DNA of 64,000 bases from Anthoceros angustus (lineage: Eukaryota; Plantae; Anthocerotophyta). Positions within the stretch are counted from its first letter, which is position 1. Each line of letters begins with the position of its first letter. This document shows positions 47,162 through 59,641 of this stretch, piece by piece. Under the pieces are notes generated by a model. It was not told the origin of the DNA and did not search any database. It was given only the letters and a program-made list of their open reading frames with translations. The position numbers and the translations under genes were made by a program. The stretch spans positions 186,001 to 250,000 of the forward strand of contig VJWM01000116.1 in assembly GCA_010909165.1 (NCBI GenBank). Direction: 5' to 3'.

Positions 47162-48884
47162 ATGCAGCACGACGAGGTTATCTGGCAGGTCATCAACCAC
47201 GGCCAGTGCAGTTACAGATCAAAGTAAGTTTGCTTTCCTCGACTCGGAGGCGTGCGTTTTTGTTGTGTTCATCACCCATGGTGACTGATTGTGTGTGTGG
47301 TCTTGTAGGACCCAGACCCAGAATTTTTGTAGAAATGAATACAACGTCACGGGACTGTGCAATCGCAGCTCCTGCCCTCTTGCCAACAGTCGATATGCGA
47401 CGATTAGGGAGCATGAGGGTAACTGGGGATTTTCAGCTTTGCGATTCTCTGCTGTCAGTTCTGGGTTAGGTTTGTGACGTGATTGTTTTTTTTTTTATTC
47501 AGGGGTGTTGTATCTGTACATGAAGAGCATCGAGAGATCGTTTATGCCCAGTAAGTTGTGGGAGAGGGTGAAGCTGCCGAGGAATTATGGGAAAGCCCTA
47601 GAGACGATTGACAAGTTTCTGGTACTCTTTTGTGCGTATTGCCTGTGTTGTGATTTTCTCGCAGGGTTCACGCAATCTTCTGGTCCGAGCTGGAGGTTTC
47701 TGTGCTGACTTACTTCTTTGGGTGGTTAGGAACACTGGCCAAAGTTTCTTGTTCACAAGAATAAGCAACGTCTGACGAAAATGACCCAGTACTTGATAAG
47801 GATGCGCAAGTTGGCACTGCAAGCAAGGTGTGTGATTGCTGGATGTCTGCCGTGTTAGAAGGAGGGTTATCATGGTGAGCCAGTTGTCAGGTCGGTCCTT
47901 GTTCCATTTTCGACCTACTAACTAGCGAGAATACCGGTTGAGTAGGCCAAAGCTTGTAACAATGCCTGCAAAGCAAGTTCAACGAGAAGCAAGAAGGGAG
48001 GCCAAAGCAGAAGTTGCTGCTGTCCTCGAAAGGGTAGGGTCCAATGTGATAGCCATGAAGCAGTCTGATACAGAATCACGAGCCTGTATCCTGTGCATGC
48101 TTAGGACTTGCTATCTGGTCCAAGTGCTGTTCTCTGATGTGTCGCTCACATCTGTTCAGGCTATCGAAAAGGAGTTGTTGCAACGGTTGCAGAGTGGTAC
48201 TTATGGTGATATCTATAATTTTCCTGTAAAAGAGTATGAGAAAGTACTTGAGATGGAGGAGGTGGGAGCTGAGAATGAAGGTGCAGAGATGGAAGAGGAG
48301 GAGGAAGATGAAGAGGTTGGCATTTAAAGTTTTCCAGTCTTCCATACACGAATCAGCTGTATGTGTACATTGGGCTGGTAGATAACCTTTTTTTCTGTTT
48401 CATGTCCAGGAGGAAGAGCCACAAGTAGAATATGTGGAAGGTGACGATGAAGAGGAAGACGACCTTGAGGATTTTGGAGCGGGTTTTTTTGACAAAGAGC
48501 TCGACTCCGCTGAGGGTCAGTGGCCTTCTTCCCTTTGGTCTAACATGGTAGAATTAGCATACTGAAGTGACATCAGCGTATGGCTGCAGATTTAAAACTT
48601 GATGAAGCATTAGATGAGGAGGTGGCCCGTACGGAGACCAAGAAACGACCCCTCAAGGTATTCCGTGGTGTACCCCTTGCCAAGGCGAAGGGGCTTCCTC
48701 CTGTAGATGAACCCGGGGTCAAGAAGAAAAAGAGACGACCTCACGTGGAGGTATAGCTGCTTACCCTTTGACTGACGTTTTCTAGCCCCATATTGTGGTT
48801 GCAGCAGGCCTTAATGTAACTCTATCTTGAAACTGTGTGCAGATCGAGTATGAGCATGAACCGCATCGAACCACCCAGTTTTAG
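47162..48884 (+). CDS. MAK16: 60S ribosome biogenesis protein MAK16
   Basis: [80 protein letters not shown]...YGDIYNFP, an acidic region and a C-terminal IEYEHE. Canonical short introns. Confidence 0.92.
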
Positions 48885-49310
48885 TAGGTGGGGAGCTGTT
48901 GGAAATCCTAAGGCCAGCTATCGCTACCTCAGACGGTACGCGTTCCTCAAATCTGCAAGCACGGAAGGCACTGTCTACTGTGTAGTACTCTTGGATGCCA
49001 CTTGGAACTTCCCGTGAAGGCCATGCAGTCGGTGGGCGTTGAGGAGGTTCTGTTGTCGGGCTTGATCGCAGGTTCTGGAGTGTCCGGGTGTCGCGTGAAT
49101 GATGAGATGGTGCTGATTGAAAAATGCTGCTTGGAAATTGGAGAGACTGGGCCCGAGCTGGCCTAATTGCCGTTGTGCCCGCCATCACCTGATAAGGATT
49201 CCTTGCAGCGTTTCAAGGTTTAGAAACATGTCTCATCTTAGCAGGCAGTAATTAATGTCTATGGTACAGATGCTACAGATGTTTAGAGCAACCTCCGCTA
49301 CGTATAGGCT

Positions 49311-52300
49311 TCAGAGGCTTTCTCCTTCATGGTTCCTATCCGTGTTAATGTCGTCTAGTTGATCAGAAGAAGGAGCTGCTGCATCTCCACCTGATACCTG
49401 AGCACCCTTTGTGCCAGCTTGACTTGCTCCCTTCCTCTTTGTGTTCTGACCAAAGAGAGCGTTCCTCATCTCCACACACAGGGTATCTAGCTGACGGAGA
49501 CTCTTCCTCAGCCGAAGTCCTGCAGACTTGTTTCCTGTGTACGTTTGGACGGCTTCCGGGTGGTTCTCGATCATCAGCTCACACATCCCATTGTAAAGTT
49601 GAGCCACACAGAGTCTACTGGGGCTTTCATCGAACACCGACGTCGAGATCTCTTCAGGTGTCAATGCAGAGATGGTGGCGTTCACTCGGCTAGTAGAGCT
49701 CTTGGAATGAGGTTGTACGTGTGCCTGCCCTGCTGCAGTATTGTCATGCCCATTACTCTTGTGGTACTCCGCATTCAGGACTTTCTCCAAGGCCAGGAGT
49801 CGCTTCTTCAGAAACTCCACCATCCTCTTCTGCACCTGTGCCTCAGACGTTTCCTTCAGAGAAGCAGAGAGGGGTTCTGATTCCGAGCTCATCTCGGTCT
49901 CGGCCTGCACGTGTTTTTGATCCTTACTAGCCATGCTGTCAGTTCGCACGCTGAGTTCCAACCGGAGAGCTGGCTGCAGCAGAAGCTCCATATCCTCTAT
50001 GATTGGCTGCCATCTTCCATACCCATGTTTTACAATACCCAGAAGCAGCATCCTGTCATGGTCTTCCTTCCATACCTTGGTGTTCCTGTACGCGGAGCTC
50101 TTGAGATGCCGCACGCTTGCTGAAAACAAGGGTGCTTGCGGATTATCCACTACTGACTTTACCTTGCTTCGAATGAGATGCAGAATGGCCAGGCGGACAA
50201 GAACATCTTGAATGCGCAGACCCTCTTTCGGAACTCCATCTGAGAATGTGGGTGAATCAGTCACACGCTCAGCAATATGGCTCAGAAACAGTGTGCCGTA
50301 GTTCCTTATCTCCTCTGCACTCTTTGGCTTCAACCTTGGAACAAATTCTATCCAGCTGAAGTCACCAAGTCCAAACCTCATGAGAAGCTGGACAAACACA
50401 GATCTCTGCTTCTGATTAAAGCCCAGAATCCTCAAGGATCTTCCGTCTCCGGCCATCAGAGGGGGAGGACCGGGTATTGTTCGTCGGACTCTCTTCCTGG
50501 ACGCTGGAGGCTTCTTTGGGGTGGTAGCGACAGCTCCTGCCTCTACTACTGGCCTCTGGGCGGCTTCAGGAGCTACTGGGGTAACACGAGATATTGGAAC
50601 AGGTCTGGGTGCTGGTGCTGGTGCTGGACAGGCTTTTGCAGAAGACACAGGTCTGGATGCTGGCCTGTCTTCCTCGTCCGAGCTAGTGGTAGCCATCCCC
50701 GACAAGAAATCATCGGTTGTATACATTGACAGCTGCATCACCTGCTTCCTGCTTCTCTTTCCCTTCCCAAGCTCCTCAACCCCCTTTAGCTCTTGCTCAT
50801 CGACCCGACCCTTGAGCAGATTCTCCCAGTAGGCAGCTCTCGCTAACTCTTCACTCCCCGGATGCAACTTCTCGGTTTCCTTGGGTGGTGACTCTACAGT
50901 GTCGTTGTCATTCAGATACTCAAAATTGGCTACCTTGAATGCATCCAGCAAATGACTGTCATCTTCCTCGCCAATGCGTGGTTCACCACCGTCCACCTGA
51001 GAACGGTCTAGCAATCTGTCTATGGCAGCATCGTCATAGTGGATTCTGCGTGCGTGCTGGGCCTCGTCGGTGTCTTCTGCAAAAACCTCTGCTGCCCCGT
51101 ACCGAAGGATGTCATCCAACTCTTCTTGGTTCAACACTTGTGTTTTCATCCTTCCAACCACCAGATGCTCAAGCACCATCTTCTTCTTGGTCATCTGCAT
51201 CATCCTCTCCTCTATAGTCCCCCTTGTCACAAGCCTGAATATCATCACCTTGCTTGTCTGCCCTAGACGGTGAGCACGTGCCATCGCCTGCAAATCTGCA
51301 TGCGGGTTCCAGTCACTGTCATAGATAACCACAGTGTCCGCAGAAGCAAGGTTGATCCCCAAACCTCCAGCCCGAGTAGACAGCAGGAAACAGAAACGCT
51401 GCGAATTCGCGGCATTGAACCTGTCAATCCGGATCTGCCTTTCCAGCCCATTCACCTTCCCATCAATCCGCTCGTACCCCCATCTCCTGTAAGCCAGCCA
51501 GTCCTCTAGAACATCCAGCATCTTCGTAAACTGCGAGTAGATGAGCACCCTATGTCCCCCGGCCTTCAGCTTTCCCATCATCTTGTCCAACAATAGCAGC
51601 TTCCCAGATGCCTCCACCATCAGCTGCAAAGCATCAGGACTACTTCTGGATGCCGGCTGCCCTGCTTCCAGAAGGTAAGGATGCCCGCACACCTTCCGAA
51701 GCTCCATAACCACATTGTTGAGGGAGATCTGAGGACCGCAACGGCGGGACAGGACTTGATAGTTTCTGGCCAATACAGCCCTGTAGAACTCCTTCTGCGT
51801 AGCACTCAACTCCACTCTCAGAATGAGCTCCTTCTTGGGAGGCAGCTCCTTCAGCACATCCTTCTTCACCCTCCGCAGCAAGTGAGGCGCCAGCATTTGG
51901 TGCAGCCTTGCCACCTGCTCCTCCTGGTTGATGTTGCTGAACTCCTGCTGGAAGGCTTCCAGACTGGAAAACTTGCCTGCATCGAGGAAATGCATCAACA
52001 TGAAGAGCTCATCCAGATTGTTCTGCAACGGGGTGCCCGTCAGCAGAACCCGGTGCTGGGTAGTGAACAGCTGTAGAGTCTGGAACAGTTTGGAGTCCTT
52101 GTTCTTCAGACGATGGCCCTCGTCCACAATCAGGCACCCCCATTTGAAGTTCTTCAAGATGGGAGTGTCCGAGTTGATCATCTCGTAGGATGTGAGAAGC
52201 ACATCGAACTTGACCTGCAGCAGCCTGCTCTGCTTCGCATTCGGCCGCTTCTCCTTCTTCCGTGGGCGATAGAAGTCGTACTTCCTGATGATCGCACGAG

Positions 52301-53468
52301 CCTGCGTCGTCCCTACGTACAGCACAACGTTCATCTGCGGAGCCCAGAGCGAGAATTCACGCTCCCAGTTTCGCAGCGTGGACAGGGGAGCCACAACCAG
52401 ATGCGGAGACACGCAATCCTCTTCGAACAAGGATGTGAGAAAGGAGATGCTCTGAACCGTCTTCCCCAGCCCCATCTCATCTGCGAGGATAACATGCTTC
52501 CCCTGCTGCCATGCGAATCTGAGGAAGTTGAGGCCCTCCAGCTGGTAAGGATGCAGCACACCTCCAGGCAGGAACCCAGGTGTGGATTCGAACGGGGTGA
52601 AGATCTTTCTCCGCTTCCGCCCATCTTTGGCAGCATCCAAGGCAGGCCCCTTCCTTTTCTTCGATCCTGCCCGGTCTCTGATGGAAACGTACCTGTCGAT
52701 CTGGGCCTGGAAAGGGGCAATGTCGGATGCAACCTCCCAAGTCGACTCCTCGTATCCCAGCTCCTTCCACTTCACCAAGTACTCCTCCACCTCCCCGTTT
52801 GTCCGGTAGTGCAGAATCCGATCCACGCTGGTCCACTCCGCCCGCACGGGATTCCGTTCCTCGTCACTCACATTCTGCAGCCTCAAGGCTTCCTGCTGCC
52901 GGTGGAAATGGCTGAGCTTCATCCTGATCCCGTGAAACATCTTGGCAGCCTTGTCGAGCCTGTCCTCCGGCAGCCAGGTGCAGTGCAGATAGGACCTGGA
53001 TTTCCACTTCACCAAATAGTGCTTCCCGGGGGGAGGCATGATCTCCACATCTTCCCCTGACTCCAGCTTCACCGGCCTCATTTGGCAATCCAGAATCTTA
53101 TCCATCTCTGCCATGGGGTCTACACATTTGGGGCAGCTCCAGGACCCCCTGGGTACTGTCTTGAGAGGAGGATCCAGGCATCCCAGGTGGTACACAGCCG
53201 TGCAGGTATCACAGCACAGAAGCTCCCCTTCCTGCCCGCAGAAGCTGCAGAAGTCCTCACTCTGCTCCATCTTCAGCACCTCGTCGTACTCATCTCCGAC
53301 AGCCATCCCACCTTCCCCAATTTCCTCCTCCTCATCCTCCTCCCAATCTTCATGTGTCCAATTCCCGTCATCATACCGAAACGGCTTCTTCTGTGACCTC
53401 TGCCTCAGCCTTTCGGCCAGGCAGTGGGACTCCTCCTCCACCTCCCCGTCATTGCACCCTTCCTCCAT
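49311..53468 (-). CDS. PKL: CHD3/Mi-2 chromatin remodeler PICKLE-like, intronless CDS (1385 aa)
   Basis: N-terminal [12 protein letters not shown] finger ([16 protein letters not shown]...HLGC...WSCPKC), two chromodomains, SNF2 ATPase ([41 protein letters not shown]) and a C-terminal DUF1087/DUF1086-like region. Confidence 0.93.
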   Translation of the reverse strand: MEEGCNDGEVEEESHCLAERLRQRSQKKPFRYDDGNWTHEDWEEDEEEEIGEGGMAVGDEYDEVLKMEQSEDFCSFCGQEGELLCCDTCTAVYHLGCLDPPLKTVPRGSWSCPKCVDPMAEMDKILDCQMRPVKLESGEDVEIMPPPGKHYLVKWKSRSYLHCTWLPEDRLDKAAKMFHGIRMKLSHFHRQQEALRLQNVSDEERNPVRAEWTSVDRILHYRTNGEVEEYLVKWKELGYEESTWEVASDIAPFQAQIDRYVSIRDRAGSKKRKGPALDAAKDGRKRRKIFTPFESTPGFLPGGVLHPYQLEGLNFLRFAWQQGKHVILADEMGLGKTVQSISFLTSLFEEDCVSPHLVVAPLSTLRNWEREFSLWAPQMNVVLYVGTTQARAIIRKYDFYRPRKKEKRPNAKQSRLLQVKFDVLLTSYEMINSDTPILKNFKWGCLIVDEGHRLKNKDSKLFQTLQLFTTQHRVLLTGTPLQNNLDELFMLMHFLDAGKFSSLEAFQQEFSNINQEEQVARLHQMLAPHLLRRVKKDVLKELPPKKELILRVELSATQKEFYRAVLARNYQVLSRRCGPQISLNNVVMELRKVCGHPYLLEAGQPASRSSPDALQLMVEASGKLLLLDKMMGKLKAGGHRVLIYSQFTKMLDVLEDWLAYRRWGYERIDGKVNGLERQIRIDRFNAANSQRFCFLLSTRAGGLGINLASADTVVIYDSDWNPHADLQAMARAHRLGQTSKVMIFRLVTRGTIEERMMQMTKKKMVLEHLVVGRMKTQVLNQEELDDILRYGAAEVFAEDTDEAQHARRIHYDDAAIDRLLDRSQVDGGEPRIGEEDDSHLLDAFKVANFEYLNDNDTVESPPKETEKLHPGSEELARAAYWENLLKGRVDEQELKGVEELGKGKRSRKQVMQLSMYTTDDFLSGMATTSSDEEDRPASRPVSSAKACPAPAPAPRPVPISRVTPVAPEAAQRPVVEAGAVATTPKKPPASRKRVRRTIPGPPPLMAGDGRSLRILGFNQKQRSVFVQLLMRFGLGDFSWIEFVPRLKPKSAEEIRNYGTLFLSHIAERVTDSPTFSDGVPKEGLRIQDVLVRLAILHLIRSKVKSVVDNPQAPLFSASVRHLKSSAYRNTKVWKEDHDRMLLLGIVKHGYGRWQPIIEDMELLLQPALRLELSVRTDSMASKDQKHVQAETEMSSESEPLSASLKETSEAQVQKRMVEFLKKRLLALEKVLNAEYHKSNGHDNTAAGQAHVQPHSKSSTSRVNATISALTPEEISTSVFDESPSRLCVAQLYNGMCELMIENHPEAVQTYTGNKSAGLRLRKSLRQLDTLCVEMRNALFGQNTKRKGASQAGTKGAQVSGGDAAAPSSDQLDDINTDRNHEGESL

Positions 53469-54102
53469 GGCTCTTCTCTTCTGGCTGTTCTCTCAGCCAA
53501 GCTTCAGCAGTAGCAGCAGCAGCAGCAGGAGTAGATCAAGGTGCAAATGCTGCACACATCCCACCCATCTCAGCACCTGCCAGCCGTTGGCTCTGACAAT
53601 CTCATCACACCCTTCTGTCTGCTGGCAGCCCGGCATTCCCCTTCCCGTGCAACAGCCAGGCTGCACAGAAACAGCTAGCTGTGTACAGCGTAAGTGCAGA
53701 AAGGTCATGGCAAAAAAATCCGCTAAACAAATCATTTGAGTCGTATGTTCATGCGGTCCTTCCCCCAGCCGCCTATCAACGCAAGTCTGATGGATTAAGC
53801 TTCACCGCTTTGTCAGACTTTGCCTGTATCCTATTTGCTTTATCCACATATGGCTTCCTCATCGGCAATCCAATCCACAGTGCTCAATGTGGACACTGAC
53901 AAACCTCGCAATTGAATGACAGCCACTGATTTCCGCGGGCCCAGCTCCAGCCTTGCAGTCTCCCAGCCATCGCCTGGCATGACATCCAGAATCTCGTGGG
54001 TCAACTGAGAGCTTGCCTTGCCGTCTTCATTGGGCTGGGCAGGCTCATTCTGAAGAACTGACAAGTCGAGACATGGTGTTCTTTTAGTCATCAGTGTGAG
54101 CG

Positions 54103-57100
54103 ATGTTGCAGTTTCACAGCGTGCCCTTTCTGCCAAATTCTGGGAAGACGTGTGCATCCTGTGCAGAATCTGCATCGGGATTGAGTCCGTTGCCTCTCGG
54201 GGGGAGAACACTCAGGATCAGCAGGAGCCAGACGCAAGGGGACTATTGGGTTGTTAGGATTCAGCAGGGTGGCCACGGATGGATTGCTCCATGCAGGTCT
54301 GAGAGGCCTGTGGGGTGGAAGTGGAGAACGCCACAAGTTCGAGCTGGGTGGGCCGGGGAAGAGGATGAGGACGACGCTGCGGAAGCAGGGGATGTCAAGA
54401 CAGCTGCTGAGGAGACGCTGGAAATGTTGGAGTGGCCTCGTCTGTGTGAGGCAGTTGCGATGTTCACGGCCACTGAATTGGGAAAGGAGAGGATGCGATC
54501 GGGTTCCATTTCCAATGTAAGATAGTCATGGGTTGCAGCATTCTGTGAATGTGAGGTCCGTGCCAGGAGAGAGCTCACATTTGTCAGCATCGTGGAAATG
54601 CCCAGCTGTTAACCCTGCCTCCGAACAAGGAGGAGAGCGAAACTCTGCTTTCGGAGACTCGAGCAGGGTACGAGATCGATGGTTTATGTGGGGGGTCCTT
54701 CGAGCTGCAAGTGCTCAAGACATCGGCGGTAAGCAAGTTCTGTGACTGCACTGATGTTCTGAAAGACGGGCCGGGGCACTGATCCTGGTGAGATGTGGTG
54801 TGTGCATGGCATGCTGAATTCAGGTCAAGCTTTGTGTGGAACGAGTGAGGAAGGGGGTGGTTGTCACAGGCCTGGAGGCTGTAGCTGTTGCTGGCTTGCT
54901 ACAGTGTGCACAGCAGCTGCGGAAATCAGTTCTCACTGCTGTCCAGGACAACAAGGAACGTCTTGCTGTGTTGCAACCAGTAATTGACCTGGTACAAGAA
55001 CGAAGGTCGTGGCTGTATCCGTTGGGCTTTCATGTTCTGGACATGGTCTGACTGGGAGCTAAATCTGCAGGTGACTCCCTTAGTGAGCCGCCCAGATGTT
55101 GTGAAAGCCATTTGGAATGTGGTGGATGAGGAGGGCATAGTAAAGGATTCGGCGGTAAACAATTCTTTGCCTGGAAGATCATTATAGTTTTGTGCATGTT
55201 AGCCCGCTGTTTTCTTGCTTGCAGGAGCCCTCATTGTTCACGTTCGTTGAATTGCTAGAGTCCAGAGCTGAGGAAAGCCCGAATTCAAGAACGTACCGTG
55301 GAGCAAAGGGTAACGTCATGCTCCATTCAGGGCCTGCATTTCAAGGGGAAGATTAGCAGCGCAATCAATTTTTTCTGTTTGTCTCATGCAGCTGAAGGAG
55401 CTGCTGAACAGGATCAGTCGGGAGAAACTCGGAGCTGACAGTGGACAGGTAAAGGTTGGTGCAAGCCTGCAGACGGTTTAGGGTCTTGGTACACTGTCTT
55501 GCACTGACTTCTTTCTGTCGGACAAAATAATAGGAGCTGGCAAACATAGATGGAAGGTTGTGCATTGTAGTTGGGAGCAGCAACGTGAGTTCAGTATCTG
55601 GCCTTGTTCTTCGCAGGTAACCATGTCTTATGTGCTCTTCGAATTCTCTCCACCCTAGGAACCACCAGCTTAAGGTAAATGATGTCTTTGTGGTGCAGTG
55701 ACGCTGGAGGCTATGCCTCATATGTCGAGCCCGCGGGGGCTGTTCAGCTGAATGATAAGCTAGCGGAGGCTCGGGCTGAGGTGTTGAAGGCAGAAAACAG
55801 TGTGCTTTCCTCCCTTACCAACAAGGTATACGCAGCAGGATGGTGTGAAGTCTCATCAAGCAGTGGAATACATTCCTAGATCATTTAGGTGTAAACTGGA
55901 TTTAACGTTTGTTGTGCTTTGTTTCGGTGGGTGACCAGATCAGACCATATGTGGACGACATCAGATTTGACCTTGAAGTCATAGTCTACTTTGATATTGT
56001 ATGTGATGTTTCCGCTGAGTGTGGATCTGCCACTCTCTTGTACGTGCTTGTGCTGGGATGCTGTAAAAGATATTGAAGCATCTGTGACGAGTTCTCACAG
56101 CACCCATGACATGTATTAAACACTTCCCAAGCGGCACAACCATCCTTTCTGACGAGATGTCTCTGTTGCAGATCCTGGCTCGTGCAAAGTACAGCTCATG
56201 GATAGGAGGGACGCGGCCTGAGTTTGTACAAGACACATCAATCCCGAGAACTGACCATTTGGCAGATAACTTAGATCCCTTTGACGGGTTGTTACAGCTC
56301 AGGAAAGCACGACACCCGCTGCTGCTACAGCAGCATCGAAAACAACTTCAAGATGCAAAGCTCAGGGTGAAATCTAACTCACGGGTAAGAAAATGTTGTC
56401 CCTTTTGAGATTTCAGAGGTTTCCTTCAGCGGGAACTGAACAGGGAGAAGAAAGTTTTGAATCCAGATTATCTGGCATGGCAGATGGTGAGCAGGATGAG
56501 GACCAGATCACTAGTTGCAGCCGTTGGGTTGGCTGACATGGAAGCGGCACTGGCTCAAGCAGAAGCTGAGGTATCCAAGAACGTTCATATGTGTCACATT
56601 CTGCCAATGGGATCCATAACCTAAGGAGTGATTCACATTTTTTTACCAGGTAGCTGCACTGGAGGCAGCCGCTCCTGTTCCCATAGATGTACAGGTAGAT
56701 TCAAAAACAAAGGTGGTGGCAATTACAGGTCCCAACACAGGAGGGAAAACAGCAGCCATCAAAACTGTAGGCCTTGCGGCGTTGATGGCCAAAGCTGGTA
56801 TGACAAACATATCTCTGAGTTCTAGCATAGGTGATACTGGGATGTTGTCCAATGACCACACTTCTGCACACAGGCCTTTATGTCCTGGGAGCAGAGCCCG
56901 TATACCTGCCATGGTTTGATCAAGTACTGGCCGACATAGGAGATGAGCAGTCCTTGAGCCAATCACTTTCCACCTTCTCGGGGCATCTTAAACGCATACA
57001 GGTGGATTCTCGACTCCTGCATTAGATTGTTCTTCTCAGAGGACTTGGTTTCGTGCAGCTAGTGGTTTGCCATGAACTTATGATGATCTCCACCTGAATT

Positions 57101-58567
57101 TTGCAGCGGATCAAATTGGAATCTACCGGCAGATCCTTGGTGTTGTTGGATGAGGTTAGTTCTCAACAGACCTAGGACGTTTGTGAGAGCCTCAGATCAG
57201 CATCATTAAGCCGTCGTTTAATGTTGTTGGCTTTATCTGAATAATTTGCAGATTGGTGCAGGAACCGACCCAACAGAAGGTTCAGCATTGGGCATGGCGC
57301 TGTTGGAATCGTTTGCGACCGATGGTCTAGGAGGGTCCCTGTTGACGCTTGCAACAACCCATCACGGAGAGCTCAAGACACTGAAATACAAGTACGTAAT
57401 GCATCTACATGAATGATGTCATGGGTTTGCTCTAACCAGTTTTTTGACTGTACAACAGCGTGGTAACAGCCTCTGACTTTTGTCTATGTCTGTGCTGTTA
57501 GCAATGAGAAATTTGAAAATGCATCTGTGGAGTTTGACGAAGAGAGGCTGAGACCAACATACAGGCTCATTTGGGGAATACCAGGTCTGCCACTCTTGGA
57601 ATGTTCTTCGCGCCTGACAGACCCACTCAATCTCAACTGTCCTAGTTAATAATCGTAACGCTGTATGTCTCACGCTGCTCAGGAAGGTCCAACGCCATCA
57701 ACATCGCAGAAAGGCTGGGGCTACCAGCGTCCATCATCCAGGAGGCCCGGAACTTGCATGGAGCTGCAAGTGCAGAGGTGAACGAGGTAAGGCACTTCCA
57801 CCTTCACCATCACCTAACTCAACACGACCCCTTTGAGTCAACCATCAACCACCCATGAACTTGTGTGAGAGCAGGTGATCATGGATCTGGAGAAGACCAG
57901 GCGGGACTACGATCACTGCACAGCAGAACTGGAGAAACTAAGAGTGTAAGCCCTCCTTAGACCCGTCCTAGCTTCACAAGCAAGCTCACTTCCTCCTGTC
58001 GAAGTCGCTTACCTTGCCATCCATCCACACCCATGTTCCACAGAGACACAGAACGACTGCATAACGAGCTGCAGCAGGCATCAGAGCGCGTCCAAGAACA
58101 ATCCATCTCCCTTCAGATGGAAGCCAAGGAGCAGGTGGCCAGCATTGCAGCTGCGGCACGCTCAGCCCTGAGCGCAGCATCCCGCAACTCTCCTCGCAAG
58201 CAGGTCAAGCCCGTGGGCATCCGCAGCATGTCTTCACCATCTCCCACTCCAGCCACCTCCTCCCAGACAAAACCAGGTAATCACATTCACAAACCTCACC
58301 CATCAACCAACATACATACATTCTCCCTCTCTCCAGAACCATGACACAGCCTAACCATCCTCTGCCCCTGCCCCTGCAGCTCCATCAGCAGTGGCCCAGG
58401 TCCAGGCACCCCTCCCCAGAGTAGGCCAGCTGGTCCAAGTCCCCAAGCTGGGGAGAAAAGTCCAGGTAGTGAAGGTGAACGAGGCCAAGAGGGAGGTGAC
58501 TGTCCAGGTAGGCCCCCTCAAGATGAAGATAAAAGCTACTGACATAGCGGCTGCCAAAGCCAGGTAA
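54103..58567 (+). CDS. MUTS2: Plastid-type MutS2 family protein (multi-exon); no Smr domain visible
   Basis: [54 protein letters not shown] (56728), [65 protein letters not shown] and a C-terminal KOW-like [10 protein letters not shown]. The exact start is inferred. Confidence 0.88.
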
Positions 58568-59641
58568 CAGTAAAGCTGCAAGCAAAGCAACATCGGAACA
58601 GCATTTCTTTATCCACCTCTCCATCGAGGAGGCATCCAAACAGTGTGTTCAGACTGTCGCACATGCATCCCGGCTTTTGCTTTCCGCTGTCAGCACGCGG
58701 AGAGCAGCCAGATTGTAGGGCGTGGAAATATCTCACAGGATACATACCTACATATCTGCACGCAAAAGCGAATCATGCAACCAGCGAAACCCTGGTCGCA
58801 CGGTGCAACCACATGTAACACACCAGGCCCCGGCGCGCGTAAATGCCACCAGCAATCGCACCGCCCGAAACAGGACTGCCTTCCTCCCTGCTGCAGCTCC
58901 AGCAGCATCTCATCGGCGGCCATGCATCATCCGCATTGTGCATCAGCATCACCCGCAACCCTCACATCCCGAGGCGAAAAACGACCTCCGGTCAGCCCGG
59001 TAGTGACGGCCTTTCGAGACGCGTAACGCGACGTAATGCGTTACGCTTAACCCGCGTTCCCATACGCGGGTGGGGCTCATAATGGCGGCCATTACTGTTT
59101 ACCCGAGGCCCCGGGCGTGAGGGGAACGGAACGGGACGGGGTCGCGTGTGGCGGCCACCAAGTGCGGCGCGAGGCGTGGACCTCCGCCACTATCCACTGT
59201 CGTTTGAATACGTCAGGCGCGGGATTCGCCGGACTGAGCAGGGTTACTCAGGGTTGCGCCGGTTACGCCCCGTTTCGCCCGCTGCCGCGAAGCGGGAACA
59301 CGCCCAGCGGGGCTCGCGGCAATCGCCCACCTTCCGAGCGTGCCCTCTTCTTCTTCTTCTTCCTCATCTCCCTCGCCTTCCACCTTCTCGCTCGCTTGCC
59401 TGCTGGCCCGCTGGCCCGCCTGCCGGGTTTGGCTCTTGCGCTTCCAAGAAGAGGCGACGACGCCATCCCATCTTACGTATCGCCCACCAATTCTGCGCCC
59501 ACCAATTTCCGCGCACCAATTCCGCAATGCCAATGCAGGGCAGCCCGTGAGGAGAATGGAGGTGGAGCTCCCGGCGCCGGATTCCCCCTGATGGGCGCTT
59601 CCCCTGCCGCGCCCGAGACCTGGTGCCGCCGGCGGGGAGCG

